A DNA stretch of 64,000 nt from Macrostomum hystrix. Taxonomy: Eukaryota > Animalia > Platyhelminthes. The notes beneath the pieces were generated by a model. The model saw nothing but the letters and a program-made list of their open reading frames with translations, had not been told where the DNA came from and searched no databases. Below are positions 26,401 to 41,400 of the stretch, one piece after another. The stretch covers positions 1,674,001 through 1,738,000 of the forward strand of contig CATNEN010000031.1 in the NCBI GenBank assembly GCA_950097015.1, read 5' to 3'. A program made the position numbers and the translations under genes. Numbering within the stretch: the stretch's first letter is position 1; each line of letters starts with the position of its first letter.

Positions 26401-29400
26401 ATTGCAATTTATTCTTAAACTTACCCGTCTGAAAGTCCAATGAGAACATCTCGCCATCATTACCGCTCTCAATGGTGTAGATTAGAGTGGATCTACCTGG
26501 CGCAGCGGCTTGTATGGTGGCAATGACAGAGTTCGGAGATAGGGACTCGCTGACAGACACGGTCATGGAGCCCGTTGGAAACACTGGGGTGTCTTTGGCC
26601 ACCACCTGTACTGTCGCCTGCACGGTGGCAAACTGCTGGACTGACCTAGGGAGCGAATAAACAAACCAATCTTGACTTTACTGATAGTTAAGGGATTGGG
26701 ATCTTTGTGCTTCTGGGTTGGGACCTTAAGGATTCGTGGTTGGGATCTTTGGGATTCGTGGTTAGGATCTTTACGATTCGTGGTTGGGATCTTTGGGATT
26801 CTGGGTCGGGATCTTTGGGATTCGTGGTTGGGAGCTTTGGGATTCGTGGTTGGGAGCTTTGGGATTCGTGGTTGGGAGCTTTGGGATTCGTGGTTGGGAT
26901 CTTTGGGATTCGTGGTTAGGATCTTTACGATTCGTGGTTGGGATCTTTTGGATTCGTGGTTGGGAGCTTTGGAATTCGTTATTGTGATCTTTATGATTCG
27001 TGGTTGGGATCTTTGGGATTCTGGATTGGGATGCGTTTATAGATTGGGATCTTTCATATTATGGGTTGGCATCCTTATGATTCTAGGTTGGGAATGTCAC
27101 ATTGATGAATTACGATCATTAGGCTTTTAAGCTAGAATATTCAAAAACGAGCGAGGGTACGATAGAAAAGAATTCTGCTCACCTGCCCAGGTCAAGCGCC
27201 CGCAGCTCCAAAGTGAACACAGCCGGGTGTTGAATAATTGACCTAGTGTACACCTGGCCGCCGGTGCTATTAACCCAGAACTCGCTATGGTGACTGCGCA
27301 ACTCGTAACTAACAGTGCCATTCTCGCCCCAGTCGGCGTCGATGGCGCGTACAGTGAGCACCCGGGTGCCAACTGGCTGGCCGGTGTACAGTACGGCATT
27401 GTACGGCTGGCCGACAAACACTGGCCGATTGTCGTTCACATCGTCCACTAGGACTGTTACTTGGGAGAAACCCAGCTTCGATTCGGCGGTCGCACGAATC
27501 TGCGAGTTATTAGGTATTGACAGACTGAATCTCTCATTGCTAAGCAGTGTAAGTACACTCTCACTGTGTCTTAGTGGAGGATCGGCCCCCTCAAGGCTGT
27601 AAATTGCACGACAAGCCACAAGTGATTGGGGCCTCGCCGCGGAATCATTCAAATATTTAACTCATGTGCTGCATAACAGATGTGCAGCCAACAGCGCAGT
27701 CGTAGCACTATGTACAGCTAACCAGTCCATGGACTGGGAGACGCAAATCCACCATCAACTACTTCAGCTAATGCCGAAGGAAATAAATTGTTCCAGTGGA
27801 GAATCGAACCACCGACCTTCATGTCATAAGTCCGACGCTCTAACCACTAAGCTACAAAGACAAAATGAACTCACCAGTAGAATGTGCCTCCTAGCCTTCT
27901 CGGCGTCCAATGGCCGTCCAGTAGTAGCCAGGACGCCTGTGATGGCATTCACGCTGAAATGCTCGCTCGGTGACACCAGGCTAAACCGGTAAGGATAATT
28001 CAACGGAGCCGGGTAGGGCCTCAGCTTGGCCAGCGTGGTCACCTCCACTGAGTTCTCCTGGACCCGCACAGTCAGGTTGGCCGGGTGCAGCTCCAGGTTG
28101 GCAGCGCGGTGCCTGCGGAGCATTCAAGCACACCAGGTACACTAAGCTAGTAAATGCTCGTAACTTATTTAAAGAAAATATAGATATTAACGAATGGGTC
28201 AAACAGATTTCAAGGAAGGGGGTTCAAATCTATTTTTTAGGAGGGAGCCAAATCAATTTTTGGGGAGGGGTCAAATCAATTTTCGGGGAGGGGTCAAATC
28301 AATTTTTGGGGAGGGGTCAAATCAATTTTTGAGGAGGGAGGTCTTAATCGATTTTTTGGGAGGGCCAAATAGATTTTTTGGGGAGGGGGTCAAATCGATT
28401 TTTGGGGAGGGGTCAAATCGATTTTTGGGGAGGGAGGTCTAAATCGATTTTTTAGGAGGGCCAAATAGATTTTTGGGGAGGGGTCAAATCGATTTTTGGG
28501 GAGGGGTCAAATCGATTTCGGGGAGGGAGGTCAAAAACCGATTTTTTAGGAGGGAGATCAAAATCGATTTTTGAGGAGGGAGGTCAAAACCGATTTTTGA
28601 GGAGGGAGGTCAAACCGATTTTTGGGAAGGGAGGTCAAAATCGATTTTTGGGGAGGGGGTCAAATTGATTTTGGGGAGGGAGGTCAAAACCGATTTTTTT
28701 GAAGGGAGGTCAAAATCGATTTTTTGGAGTGAGGTCCAATTGAGTTCTTGGAAGAAATGGTCAAAATGGTTTTATACGAGTTTATGGCTAAAAGTATAAA
28801 TGATTAGTGACATTAAGCGTGCCAACTGCAGTACTCAACTAGACAGTATATGAGTCGGTTTTATTATTTTCATACTGTAAAGTGTGTGCACTTACAGCTC
28901 AATTCGTGCACCGATTTGAACCTTCTCGAGTAGACACAAAAGCGTCTTAGAACACACACCCACACACAGGCACTAAAGTATTCAGCACGTTTTATATATA
29001 TCTACGAGTAATAGACTCAATTTAAAACGCTAACTCGGTAAGTCATACCAAATAATGATATAACGTTGAGATAAGAGGGCCACTGCTGTTTTAACAGTGC
29101 CGATAGATAAAGATACTCAAGCAACAGAAATTTGATTTCGAAGCGAAATAAGAGACGAGAAGAGACCTAGAGAGAGAGACAGAAGACCCAAAAAAATCAG
29201 CAGACAGACAGTTAGACGGGCTTGCAGCGACCTCTTATCAGCTAGCTTAGCATGTAAATATTCCTATAAGAGTTTAGGAGTTTCTATTATAGCTAAGCGA
29301 AGCGCCACTGCAATCATAAAAGAGCAAAAATATATATAAATTTACTCTTTGTTATTTGATGAAACTTATGAAAAGCTGCTTATTGCGTTTTAGAAAACAA

Positions 29401-32400
29401 TTAATAGGAATCATGGGAGAGTTTTATCGAGGAACGCGCTAATCAAAATTGTATTCTCTAAACCTAAAATTGTAAGTTTGCACATTTCTAACTACAGTAT
29501 GTGCACTCTTAAAATAAACAGCTTATTCAAAAATTCTGCTACTCAATCACTAGTTCGAGTCATCCGCTTGATCATCTTAATCACTAGCTCAATTTTCTGC
29601 TCAATCACTAGCTCAATATCTGCTCAATATCTGCTCAATCACTAGCTCAATATCTGCTCAATCACTAGCTCAATATCTGCTCAATCACTAGCTCAATATC
29701 TGCTCAATCACTAGCTCAATATCTGCTCAATCGCTAGCTCAATATCTGCTCAATCACTAGCTCAATATCTGCTCAATCACTAGCTCAATATCTGCTCAAT
29801 CACTAGCTCAATTATCTGCTCAATAAACGTTAAATTGCCTGTCCAGGAAAGTTAGCGAACAAAAAAGGTATTTGTGCACTCACTTGGCATTGATAGATAT
29901 ATTAGACAGTGACGTGTGCACAGAGTCAGTAGCGCTGATGACTAGGAAGTAATAGTGCTCCCGGACCAGATCGGCTCTGACCAGAGTGAGCAGCCCAGTC
30001 GCCGGGTGCAGCCGGAATAAGCCGCCAGAATTGTCGCTAATTATGCTCAGAGTGACCGTGTTATTTAAATCCCGGTCGTAGGTTCGAATCCTGGCCAGAC
30101 GGGCGCCATCGAAGCTGGGCAATTCTAGCACAGTGTAAAAATAATCAGCTTGACTATACTGCGGAGCGCAATCGTTCACGTCTAGGATGCGGATTCGAAC
30201 CCGGGCCGGCTGAGCTGAGCGCAGTCGCCTTGGCGAGCCTTTGTCTCTCACCCAGACGTCGAATTCGTACAGGTCGCGAGTTTCTCGATCCAGCCGGCTT
30301 CGTACACGAATGGCGCCGGTGACCGGATCGACTGAGAATGAGCTGTTCGCCACTGGGTCGGCAATCTCGTATGTCAGCTCCTGTGATAATAAGCGAATGT
30401 ACATAGGCCAAATAGGCTTGCCTTTGGTCTAGGATATGACCGAAGTTAGCTTCCCAAAAATATTGCTTGAGACAGCAAGAATAATCTGTCTCAGAATCTG
30501 TCATTCAACACAATTGGCCATAAAGTTCGTCATTCACAACTCTCCGCCATACATTTGATCACTCAGTACGAGTACATTTTGTCATATCAGTCGGTCATTC
30601 ATCACACTCGGTCATACAGTTAGTCATTCAGCACACTCGGTCATACAGTTAGTCATTCAGCACACTCGGTCATACAGTTAGTCATTCAGCACACTCGGTC
30701 ATACAGTTAGTCATTCAGCACACTCGGTCATACAGTTAGTCATTCAACACTTAGTCATATAATTGGTCATTCAACACTTAGTCATACAATTGGTCATTTA
30801 ACACTGACTTCTCCTGCGCTCACCTGGTTCTCTCCGAAGTCAGCATCGGTAGCTTTAATAGTTAACGGGCGCAGTTTGGCCAAGTCGTGGACAATCCGAC
30901 CAGGCGGCGCGTCCTCCGACACGGCGCCGTCGGCCAGTTCGCTGGACAGAAACGCCGGTCGATTGTCGTTGACGTCCAGCACGTTGACTAGGACCTCGGT
31001 GAGGACAGCTAGGCGGGTGTCGACCGCCTGCACTTGAACGCCCAGGCGAAAGAAATCGCCGTGAGTCTCCCGATCCACTGGGTTCTTCACAATGAGCACG
31101 CCGGTTGAGGGCGCGATATCAAACAGGCCCAGCTCATTGCCGCTGATGATGGAGTATACCAGGGGCAGGTCGTTGGCCTTGGCGTCAACTTTAATTACAA
31201 AACTACCTGGCGGCGCCTCTTCAACAATCTTGACGCTGTAGTGCTTCTGATCGAACACGACTGGCCTGTTTGGCTCGTGATTCACAATGCGAATGCTAAC
31301 AATGCACAGGCTAGCCTTGGGCGGCGAGCCCAGGTCGCTGACAGCCAGATGAAGATCCATATTGTGGCCGGGGAAGTCTACTAGCAGTTTGCGGGTTGAG
31401 ATTAGGCCGGTATCCGAGTCGACGTTGAATAAGCCAAGATCGTTGCCTGTTGTTAGTTTGGCGGAAATTCAAATTTCATTAATAATTTCTAAAAGCTGCC
31501 ACATGCGTTAGATCAACAGTAAGTATCATTTCTATCTATTAATACTTAGCTACCAGATTCACTTACTCTATAGTAATCTAAAGTAATATATATATTTAAA
31601 CTTAAGTGGCACCATCTAAGTTACGTAACATTTAGAAAGGCTTTTAAATAATTATTTTTATTTCTAAATCAAGAAAACTCTCCCATGGGATCGAAGGGTT
31701 AAGTTGACCTAGAAATTCCGGATTTAGCTAGAGTGACGTCATGCAATTTTCAATTTAAAAATTAACTTTATTAAAAAAATTCGAATAGAAATTAAATTTC
31801 ACTGCCTGAAAAGAATTGAGTTGTGTGACAAATCTAATCTAATCTAGTCTAATCTAATCTTCCTACCTGTCTTCCAGCAACGCTGACCCTAAATAGTGCA
31901 TTTTTATCATAAAATTCTAGTTGCAACACTGAGGTGACAGATTTGGCATTCAGAAACGCGGCAAATACGACCTCAACATTTATATAAAGTAAGCAGAAGC
32001 TTATCGCTCAATTAAAAGGCTGCCCCCTGCGGCTGACAAGCTTGAAAATCCCTCACGTGTCGTTCTGGGATGAGAAATTCGCACATCTGTTTAACACACA
32101 GGCTGTGCACTGGCGCGATCCCCAAACCCTGAATTGATTCCCACTGCTGCTAGGGGATCTTTCAGGGATTTGAAAGCGGGAAAACAAATCCCAGTTCCAC
32201 TTTTAGGCTAGGATGATATGCCTATTAATAAAGACGGCTCAAAGAGAGAACGCCTAGGGAGGGGTGGTTTGAGGTCACGGCTTAATGTGCTTTTAGAACC
32301 CTTGAATATATCCTTTATGGAGGGAATTTTGTTCTTAAACAGTAATACAACAGGTTCGATTCCCCAATCCACTGGAACAATTTGAGCCCTTTAGCAACTA

Positions 32401-35400
32401 TATGCTCACCCAGCTGTTAAATTTGTACCAACATCAGCTGGGATAAGGGTGAGTGTCGTCCCCCCCCAGCTGTACGCAGCCCTCAGCTATGCTGTCAGTT
32501 GCATACTTGACTCAATTGGGGCAGGTGTAATCAATTATTGCTATTACTATTGTACTGAGAAGTCGGTATTTTTCAATTTGAGATCGGGAAATACGCATAA
32601 TTACTAATGACAATGACAATGTACACTCACACAGGTGTGTACATTTGCCTTCAATGTTTCATTATCTCTTAATTAATGTGGCCTAGCCGCGGATTCGAGC
32701 TCAGGAACTTCGGCGCGAGAATCGGCCGCATTATTTCCCTATACTTCACCGCATAGGAATAGAGGAAAATTATCCCTAATCATGAAAACCCAGCTTTAAA
32801 ATTGAGCAATATAAAAGCGGTTAAAAACTAGCTGCAACTATAATTGCTGTAAACTGGATGTCACTCATCATTGCTAAATTGAGGTCAATGCCATCAATTT
32901 ACGAGGAATACAAGATCATGCTTACCGCATGTAGAATCATGGCAACACGGAGCAAATACACATTGCAAACCTGAGTTGTGACATGTATTTAACAAAAAAA
33001 TGCATCCATTGTAAACACGCATGCCAACAGACTTGTCAATATTCTAACTACACAGCAGAACAGCATAGACGGAGCCTAGAGAAGTATTTTAACGCCTCTA
33101 TCAGGTGTGCTGCAGGCGGATTACGTAACAATGCAGGCGGGTTTCAAAACTGGCCCTCTGTTTAATGGCAGATGAGAGACGCAACAAAGTTGGAAAGGAA
33201 TCTTTTTAAAAGATCCTCAGTAATAATTCTCCCATGCTTAGAAATAGAAAAATAGAAGCCAACCTAGGTAGGGGAAAAATTGCCCAGAACTCAGGTGCCA
33301 GCATAAAATCCACCATCTGAATTCCCAGCCGCCATGTGTACTCCCCTATTAAACAGTCACTCCCCCAAAAAATTGCCACTCTCGCTTTCAGCCTGCGCAG
33401 TTCATAGGGCTTCATCGCGTGCGCACTACACACTGACTGGAACCGAACTAGCACAGCCGACCCACCTATGGCCTTATATAGATTGACAGGCAGAAAGCGG
33501 CGAAACGAAAATTCTAAATTCTAAATGGATACTGCCATAGAAAAAATGTATATATCATAGGTGCGAGTGGTAGTGGTAGGCGAGGGAGCGCAATTTTCTT
33601 AGAAACTAGGGGAGGGAAATTGATCGCAATTCGCCATATCCGCCGGCATTGAAAAATTGGCACTTCAACAAAAATAAAATTTGATTCTTTCGCTAATGTT
33701 AATTGCGCGATAAATTTCTGTGTTCTAATCCCAAAAAGCCGACTGACTGAAGAGACCAAGTACAGTAAAATACAGACTGTGTGTGTGTCAAAAAGTGATC
33801 CAGAAAGATTTTGAGTGCCTATGGGAGACAGACAGGGCGTTAGCTGTATCCACTCGGTGGGAAAACATGCCAGACACGTATTAGCCATTATTACGTAACC
33901 TATTTGCCTCTATCCTGCTATCCCGCGACCCCTCTCAGACCTCTCGCCCGGTCCACAGTTTCTCGAGTCAACGACCTTCAACCCGGGGCATCAAACATTA
34001 ACAATGCTGCTGGCATGGCAGGCCTACCGGGGGGTCGCTCCGGAGACAGGAGACACTGGGGCGGGCACTGACGAGGATATAAGTGGAAGCACGCCAAAGG
34101 AAGCGACCCTAACCGTTCCACCCCTCCCCCACCAGAAATTTCGTGACCTTGCCGTCTCCATCCCAGCATGCCAGGCAGAATACAAAAAATCTAAATTGAG
34201 TTATTTTCCTAGGCCTTTGATATAAACAGGCGCCCCACAGAAGCGCTGAAACCACAGATCTCATTTAGGACAGACTGAAAATTTTCCAATAAATATAATA
34301 ACCAAAATATTCAATCTCAGGAAGTTTTTTCAACTAACAAAGCTAATTAATGCAGAAATTTAGGTACTCGTACAGACTAAACTAAGAGATAAGATTAAGA
34401 CTACAAGGTGCAGAAATAGCGAATATGGAATGGAAAGACATAAGACAAAAAATAGTTCGGAAAAGAAAAACAGATATATAACAGCCTGCCAGCGCTTTAG
34501 ATTGTCAATCTCTCACTCTGCTCAAATGCTTGAGAGTCTTAGGAGAGTCAGAGACAAGCAAGCCTTGTCAATGCTTTAGCGCTATGAAAGTTGGTTGTAG
34601 AAGCACTATTTCGCAACTGAAAGATCCATCTGTAATTCCCGAGTCGAATCGATTGAAATTTCCATCAACCTCACCTAAAATCTGGAGCCGGGATCTAGGG
34701 AAGCCTGAAGCCACCCATAGGCACCGAAAGTGAATGAGAGGCCAAGCATTGTGCATGTTACTTACTAAGGCGTACTTCCCGGCCTCACTACCTCTGCCGG
34801 CTCGCTTAAAGCGTCCTGACAGACAGGGGATTTCCTTCCCGTAGGCAACTGAACGAGTTAGTTAGATTGCCGGCTAGCAGCTGTCATCTATTTGTATTAA
34901 TAAAAATTGTGAAGCACTTCAGCTTGCCAACTATTGAACTTGTCAGCATGTCAAGGCAAGAATCAATAAACCGATTCACGGTTAGTTTACCGTCGACATA
35001 ATGTATCAGAATGTTTAACAATAAAGTAACGAATTCTTCTTTTGATGCCGATCTTCAGCATCCGGTTGCTTGTTTCTTTCTAAGGGAATACGAGCTGATA
35101 CAAATCATTTGTGATCCGAAAGGCGCCACGTGCAATCATATTGGTCTTCTGCTTCATTGAAGACAGTTGGTTGCTAAAACAGCTACTCCATTGATCCGTG
35201 TACTAATCTAGTCGCGTCTTCATTTCTCAGCTGTAAGCTTGCACAGCTTCATCATGTTTTAGTGTCTGGGCGCATAGGTGTGCATTATTAGCACTATTAA
35301 TGCTAAGAATTATGGTTGTTTCTGGGCGCATTCGAAGGTTGAATTTGCTATGTAACTCGATCAATTAACTCCTTACAGTGTCTGAGTGTGTGTTTGAGTG

Positions 35401-38400
35401 CATCTGGTTATACTTGTAAGAGCTCACCGCCTAATGGAGCCACACAAGACACATAAGGGAAAGAGGAAACACAACCACAAAGCTCATAATCCATAAATCA
35501 TAATCCAACCTATGCCGCACAGGTCACTGGTCCATCACACACTGTTTAAGATTGTTCTCAGTTAATACCCAAGATCGTTTCTAGGGCCGGCTGACTCTGA
35601 TATATGGATTAGAAAAAATCGATAATTAAAATACGAGCGTACAGCTAGAAATAAGCGCTCTAGGCACACGATTTTCCGTTTATCTCATTTCAGTAGAAAG
35701 ACCGCAACAAAGCCAAAACAGAATTAAGAGGGCCAACAGTATGCAAGCAGCAGCAACAGCAGCAGCAGCAGAGCAGCAAAGACGATTTGATTGACACTCC
35801 CAGCGTTTGAGATTGACGCTGAGTCCAAGGGAAGGTGGAAAAATGGCAAATAGATTTTTCTGCCCTCCCAAAAAACAGTCAATACAAGCAAAACTAAGCC
35901 GAAGCACTCGGTTCAATCGCTCGCACTTCAGCCAACCCACATTCTGAAATTTTCTTAGACGACAAAGAGACCAGAGGCTTGCCTTGGGCGAGCTACATTT
36001 TCGGCAACACTCGGATAGAAAACACGACTTTTTGTGTCCTCAGAATCTTTAGGTGCCACGCCTCCATCCAGCCAGGGGAAGTTGAAACAGTGCAAACTCA
36101 CCTCCGGATCTCGCCCGCATCTTTCTAGTCTTATCTACCTCCCTTTGGGTACACAACACACACAAGGTAAGAAGACTGCAAACACTTCATAACGTCCCCA
36201 CCCACATCCACACACAATACACAGAAAACACACCTCCGCAACATACATTCCAAGGCTTGGGCTATAAAACAGCGGCAGGCGCACTTACGCGCGACACAGT
36301 TTTTACGATTGAAGAATCTGAAGAAAGAATCATAAACTAAGCAAAGCCGTCCAATTTGTCATCCTTTGTTCACACATCTAAGCAACTGTTAGCTAAGAAC
36401 AGCCTTACTATATCTCTTCGACTTCAACAAGCTGCGCAGATTCACTTCCTCATCGTTCTGACAATATTGCACAATATGCTAAGCATAGGGCTACGATGTT
36501 TAAATATTCATGCATTCACTTATCAGAAGACACTTCTGTTCAATCAATTGGAGCGGTATTTGAGCAATATTGATTTAAATAGTCAGCTTAATCAATCAAT
36601 CAACCAGTCAATAATTTTTTAATAAAACAAGATATTCTGCACGTTACTCTTGGCCTTTTATTTGGCTTTTAGTTTTTTAACTTTGCAATATCAGCTTCGG
36701 GATGTGCCGTTATTGTAGGCAGAAAAAAACTAATTTAATAGCTTAATGACTTGGATTCTAATCCTACTGCATAAATAGCAGATAACCGATGCAAGCATGC
36801 AAGATAACTTGATTGCTAAAAATTGCCAGATACTCTGATCGATAGATTTTCGAGTATAAAATCCCAACATTTGCAAGTCCGTTCAGCTGCACGGCCAGTT
36901 GAAATTAAAATATCTTTGTGCGGATTTGTTTTAATCTTCAGAGCTAGCGCGCCGATACAAATTCCGAGTTAGGCGATTCGAATTGCGAATTCCTAATCCC
37001 AACGGGCTTGACCGGCACTCGACTGGCGGCAATTAATGAAAATCTCGCTAGAATCGAAACACGCCGCATCGCGTCTGCTCTTTGGTGCAATTCTTTTAAT
37101 CTTCTACGAGTACTAGTTTTAGAGCCATGTAAATAGACCAGCATTGCATAGAGACCAGCATTGTATAGACCAGCATTGTATAGAGACCAGCATTGTATAG
37201 ACCAGCATTGCATAGAGACCAGCATTGCATAGAGACCAGCATTGCATAGAGACCAGCATTGTATAGAGACCAGCATTGCAAAGAGACCAGCATTGCATAG
37301 AGACCAGCATTGTATAGACCAGCAGTGTATAGAGACCAGCATTGTATAGACCAGCATTGCATAGAGACCAGCATTGTATAGACCAGCATTGCATAGAGAC
37401 CAGCATTGCATAGAGACCAGCATTGCATAGAGACCAGCATTGCATAGAGACCAGCATTGTATAGAGACCAGCATTGCAAAGAGACCAGCATTGCATAGAG
37501 ACCAGCATTGTATAGACCAGCAGTGTATAGAGACCAGCATTGTATAGACCAGCATTGCATAGAGACCAGCATTGTATAGACCAGCATTGCATAGAGACCA
37601 GCATTGCATAGAGACCAGCATTGCATAGAGACCAGCATTGTATAGAGACCAGCATTGCAAAGAGACCAGCATTGCATAGAGACCAGCATTGTATAGACCA
37701 GCAGTGTATAGAGACCAGCATTGTATAGACCAGCATTGCATAGAGACCAGCATTGTATAGAGACCAGCATTGTAAAGACCAGCAGTGTATAGACCAGCAT
37801 TGCATAGAGACCAGCATTGCATAGAGACCAGCAGTGTATGGAGACCAGCATTGCATAGAGACCAGCATTGCATAGAGACCAGCATTGTATAGACCAGCAG
37901 TGTATAGAGACCAGCATTGTATAGACCAGCATTGCATAGAGACCAGCATTGCATAGAGACCAGCATTGCATAGAGACCAGCATTGCATAGAGACCAGCAT
38001 TGTATAGACCAGCAGTGTATAGACCAGCATTGCAAAGAGACCAGCATTGCATAGAGACCAGCATTGTATAGAGACCAGCATTGCATAGAGACCAGCAGTG
38101 TATGGAGACCAGCATTGCATAGAGACCAGCATTGCATAGAGACCAGCAGTGTATGGAGACCAGCATTGCATAGAGACCAGCATTGCATAGAGACCAGCAT
38201 TGTATAGACCAGCAGTGTATAGAGACCAGCATTGTATAGACCAGCATTGCATAGAGACCAGCATTGCATAGAGACCAGCATTGCATAGAGACCAGCATTG
38301 TATAGAGACCAGCATTGCAAAGAGACCAGCATTGCATAGAGACCAGCATTGTATAGACCAGCAGTGTATAGAGACCAGCATTGTATAGACCAGCATTGCA

Positions 38401-41400
38401 TAGAGACCAGCATTGTATAGACCAGCATTGCATAGAGACCAGCATTGCATAGAGACCAGCATTGCATAGAGACCAGCATTGCATAGAGACCAGCATTGTA
38501 TAGAGACCAGCATTGCAAAGAGACCAGCATTGCATAGAGACCAGCATTGTATAGACCAGCAGTGTATAGAGACCAGCATTGTATAGACCAGCATTGCATA
38601 GAGACCAGCATTGTATAGACCAGCATTGCATAGAGACCAGCATTGCATAGAGACCAGCATTGCATAGAGACCAGCATTGTATAGAGACCAGCATTGCAAA
38701 GAGACCAGCATTGCATAGAGACCAGCATTGTATAGACCAGCAGTGTATAGAGACCAGCATTGTATAGACCAGCATTGCATAGAGACCAGCATTGTATAGA
38801 GACCAGCATTGTAAAGACCAGCAGTGTATAGACCAGCATTGCATAGAGACCAGCATTGCATAGAGACCAGCAGTGTATGGAGACCAGCATTGCATAGAGA
38901 CCAGCATTGCATAGAGACCAGCATTGTATAGACCAGCAGTGTATAGAGACCAGCATTGTATAGACCAGCATTGCATAGAGACCAGCATTGCATAGAGACC
39001 AGCATTGCATAGAGACCAGCATTGCATAGAGACCAGCATTGTATAGACCAGCAGTGTATAGACCAGCATTGCAAAGAGACCAGCATTGCATAGAGACCAG
39101 CATTGTATAGAGACCAGCATTGCATAGAGACCAGCAGTGTATGGAGACCAGCATTGCATAGAGACCAGCATTGCATAGAGACCAGCAGTGTATGGAGACC
39201 AGCATTGCATAGAGACCAGCATTGCATAGAGACCAGCATTGTATAGACCAGCAGTGTATAGAGACCAGCATTGTATAGACCAGCATTGCATAGAGACCAG
39301 CATTGCATAGAGACCAGCATTGCATAGAGACCAGCATTGCATAGAGACCAGCATTGTATAGAGACCAGCATTGCAAAGAGACTAGCATTGTATAGACCAG
39401 CATTGCAAAGAGACCAGCATTGCATAGAGACCAGCATTGTATAGAGACCAGCATTGCAAAGAGACCAGCATTGCATAGACCAGCATTGCATAGAGACCAG
39501 CATTGCAAAGAGACCAGCATTGCATAGACCAGCATTGTATAGAGACCAGCATTGCAGAGAGACCAGCATTGCATAGAGACTAGCATTGCATAGAGACCAG
39601 CATTGTATAGAGACCAGCATTGCAAAGAGACCAGCATTGTATAGACCAGCATTGCAAAGAGACCAGCATTGCATAGAGACCAGCATTGTAAAGAGACCAG
39701 CATTGCAAAGAGACCAGCATTGCATAGACCAGCATTGCATAGAGACCAGCATTGCAAAGAGACCAGCATTGCATAGACCAGCATTGTATAGAGACCAGCA
39801 TTGCATAGAGACCAGCATTGCATAGAGACCAGCATTGCATAGACCAGCATTGCATAGAGACCAGCATTGCAAAGAGACCAGCATTGCATAGAGACCAGCA
39901 TTGCATAGAGACCAGCATTGCATGGAGACCAGCATTGCAAAGAGACCAGCATTGCATAGAGACCAGCATTGCATGGAGACCAGCATTGTATAGTCTCTAT
40001 AGGAAATGAATTTCCGTACTATAGGCGAAAGATTTTTGCTTTCCAAAGTTTCTAAGGTTGCAGGCGCAATTTGCAGCAAAACAACATAAATCACTATTAT
40101 TATTGGTCAATTTTATTCTAGCATCCAATTTAAAATCCGATGAAGCCATCAGACTGTATCTTCATCAATGAGTTCTTTGATGGCCTCAGATACGTAAAAC
40201 GAACTAGCGATGTGCTCTTTCCAAGAATGCTAATAAAGTCCGCCTCACACACGGAACTGAATTGACTGATTGGTTCAGCGAACACTGAAGACTCAAGAAG
40301 CTCAATACTATCTGTTTTTGCACTTTTGCACCGCAGCCCGCCCAGAATTGGCTTCGAGCACTAATAAATTATCAGCCAGCAATCTAATTCACTGTCAGGT
40401 CCATAATGGATGCCAGGCTGTCTACTTGAGCACTGCTCAAAAGCTAGTGGAGCATGAGTCTAGCTTGGGGATTTGTTGGGAATAAATAAAGAAATGAGGG
40501 GAGGAATTTTTAATTCTGGGCGATCAAAATGAGAACAAACTGTAAACAAGCAGTTATGAGTACAGATGATCACTTGAGATCGAACTAGTATGTGCATTTT
40601 CTAATGCGAGGCAGCCAAAAGTTGTTAATTGAAATTTACCAGCCCTAGTAGTCTTTTGTATAAAAAGGCTGTTTAAAAAACGGCAGCAGCAGTCAGCACC
40701 CGGTGCTGAATAGAACTTATAAAATCGAGTGCCCAATCACGCACCATTCAGGCACAGATGGGTACTATTAGCAAAAATGGATGCATTTTTAAAAGAGGAA
40801 AAGCGAAACAAACTTGGGGAAGAAAAGAAAAGAAATTTAGGTACAGAAAATCTTTTTCCTTGGAAAAAGTTAGGCTTTACTAAGCCAGAATCTCCCAACC
40901 CGCCCCCCTATTTTTGTGGCTTTCTCCCAGGCCTTAGCGGACCAAGTCTAAAGAAACGGCTTCTGTGCTGGCACAAGAGTTAATTAACTTCTTCAATCCA
41001 GCCCGATCTTGTGGCCTTCAGGCCCAGACCTGACACTAATGTCTGACAAGTTTATATACTTTTCTGTTAGAAAGAATTTTGTTTCCATTTAATTAAATTT
41101 CTACAGAACAGGGGCGCTAATACCAAAGCTGAAAACTAACGCCAAAAAACTCTTAGTATAGGAAGATAAGAGATGTTATAAATAATAATAATTGATCACA
41201 CCTGACCCTGACCCAAACAGGCAAGATGTGCAGCCCACAGCACAGCCGCAGCTGTTGCGCGGCGCATCTGAAGGCTGCGTACAGCTGTTCAGTCCATGGA
41301 CTGGGGCGATGCCACAGCCATCCTCAATTACTCTAGCTAATGCTTACCTAATAATAATAATAATAACTGCAAGAGGGCTGCGGGCAATGGCACATCATTT

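Noticed and set aside
36944-40094. ORFs of 1002, 991 and 752 aa as real protein genes
   Set aside because: All three frames are open only because the 17/15-bp satellite lacks stop triplets on that strand; there is no domain, splice signal or codon bias.
41265-41303. CTGAAG-GCTG-CGTA-CAGC in SINE A as a hammerhead
   Set aside because: It lacks A9, and the GAAA segment is replaced by TGTT.
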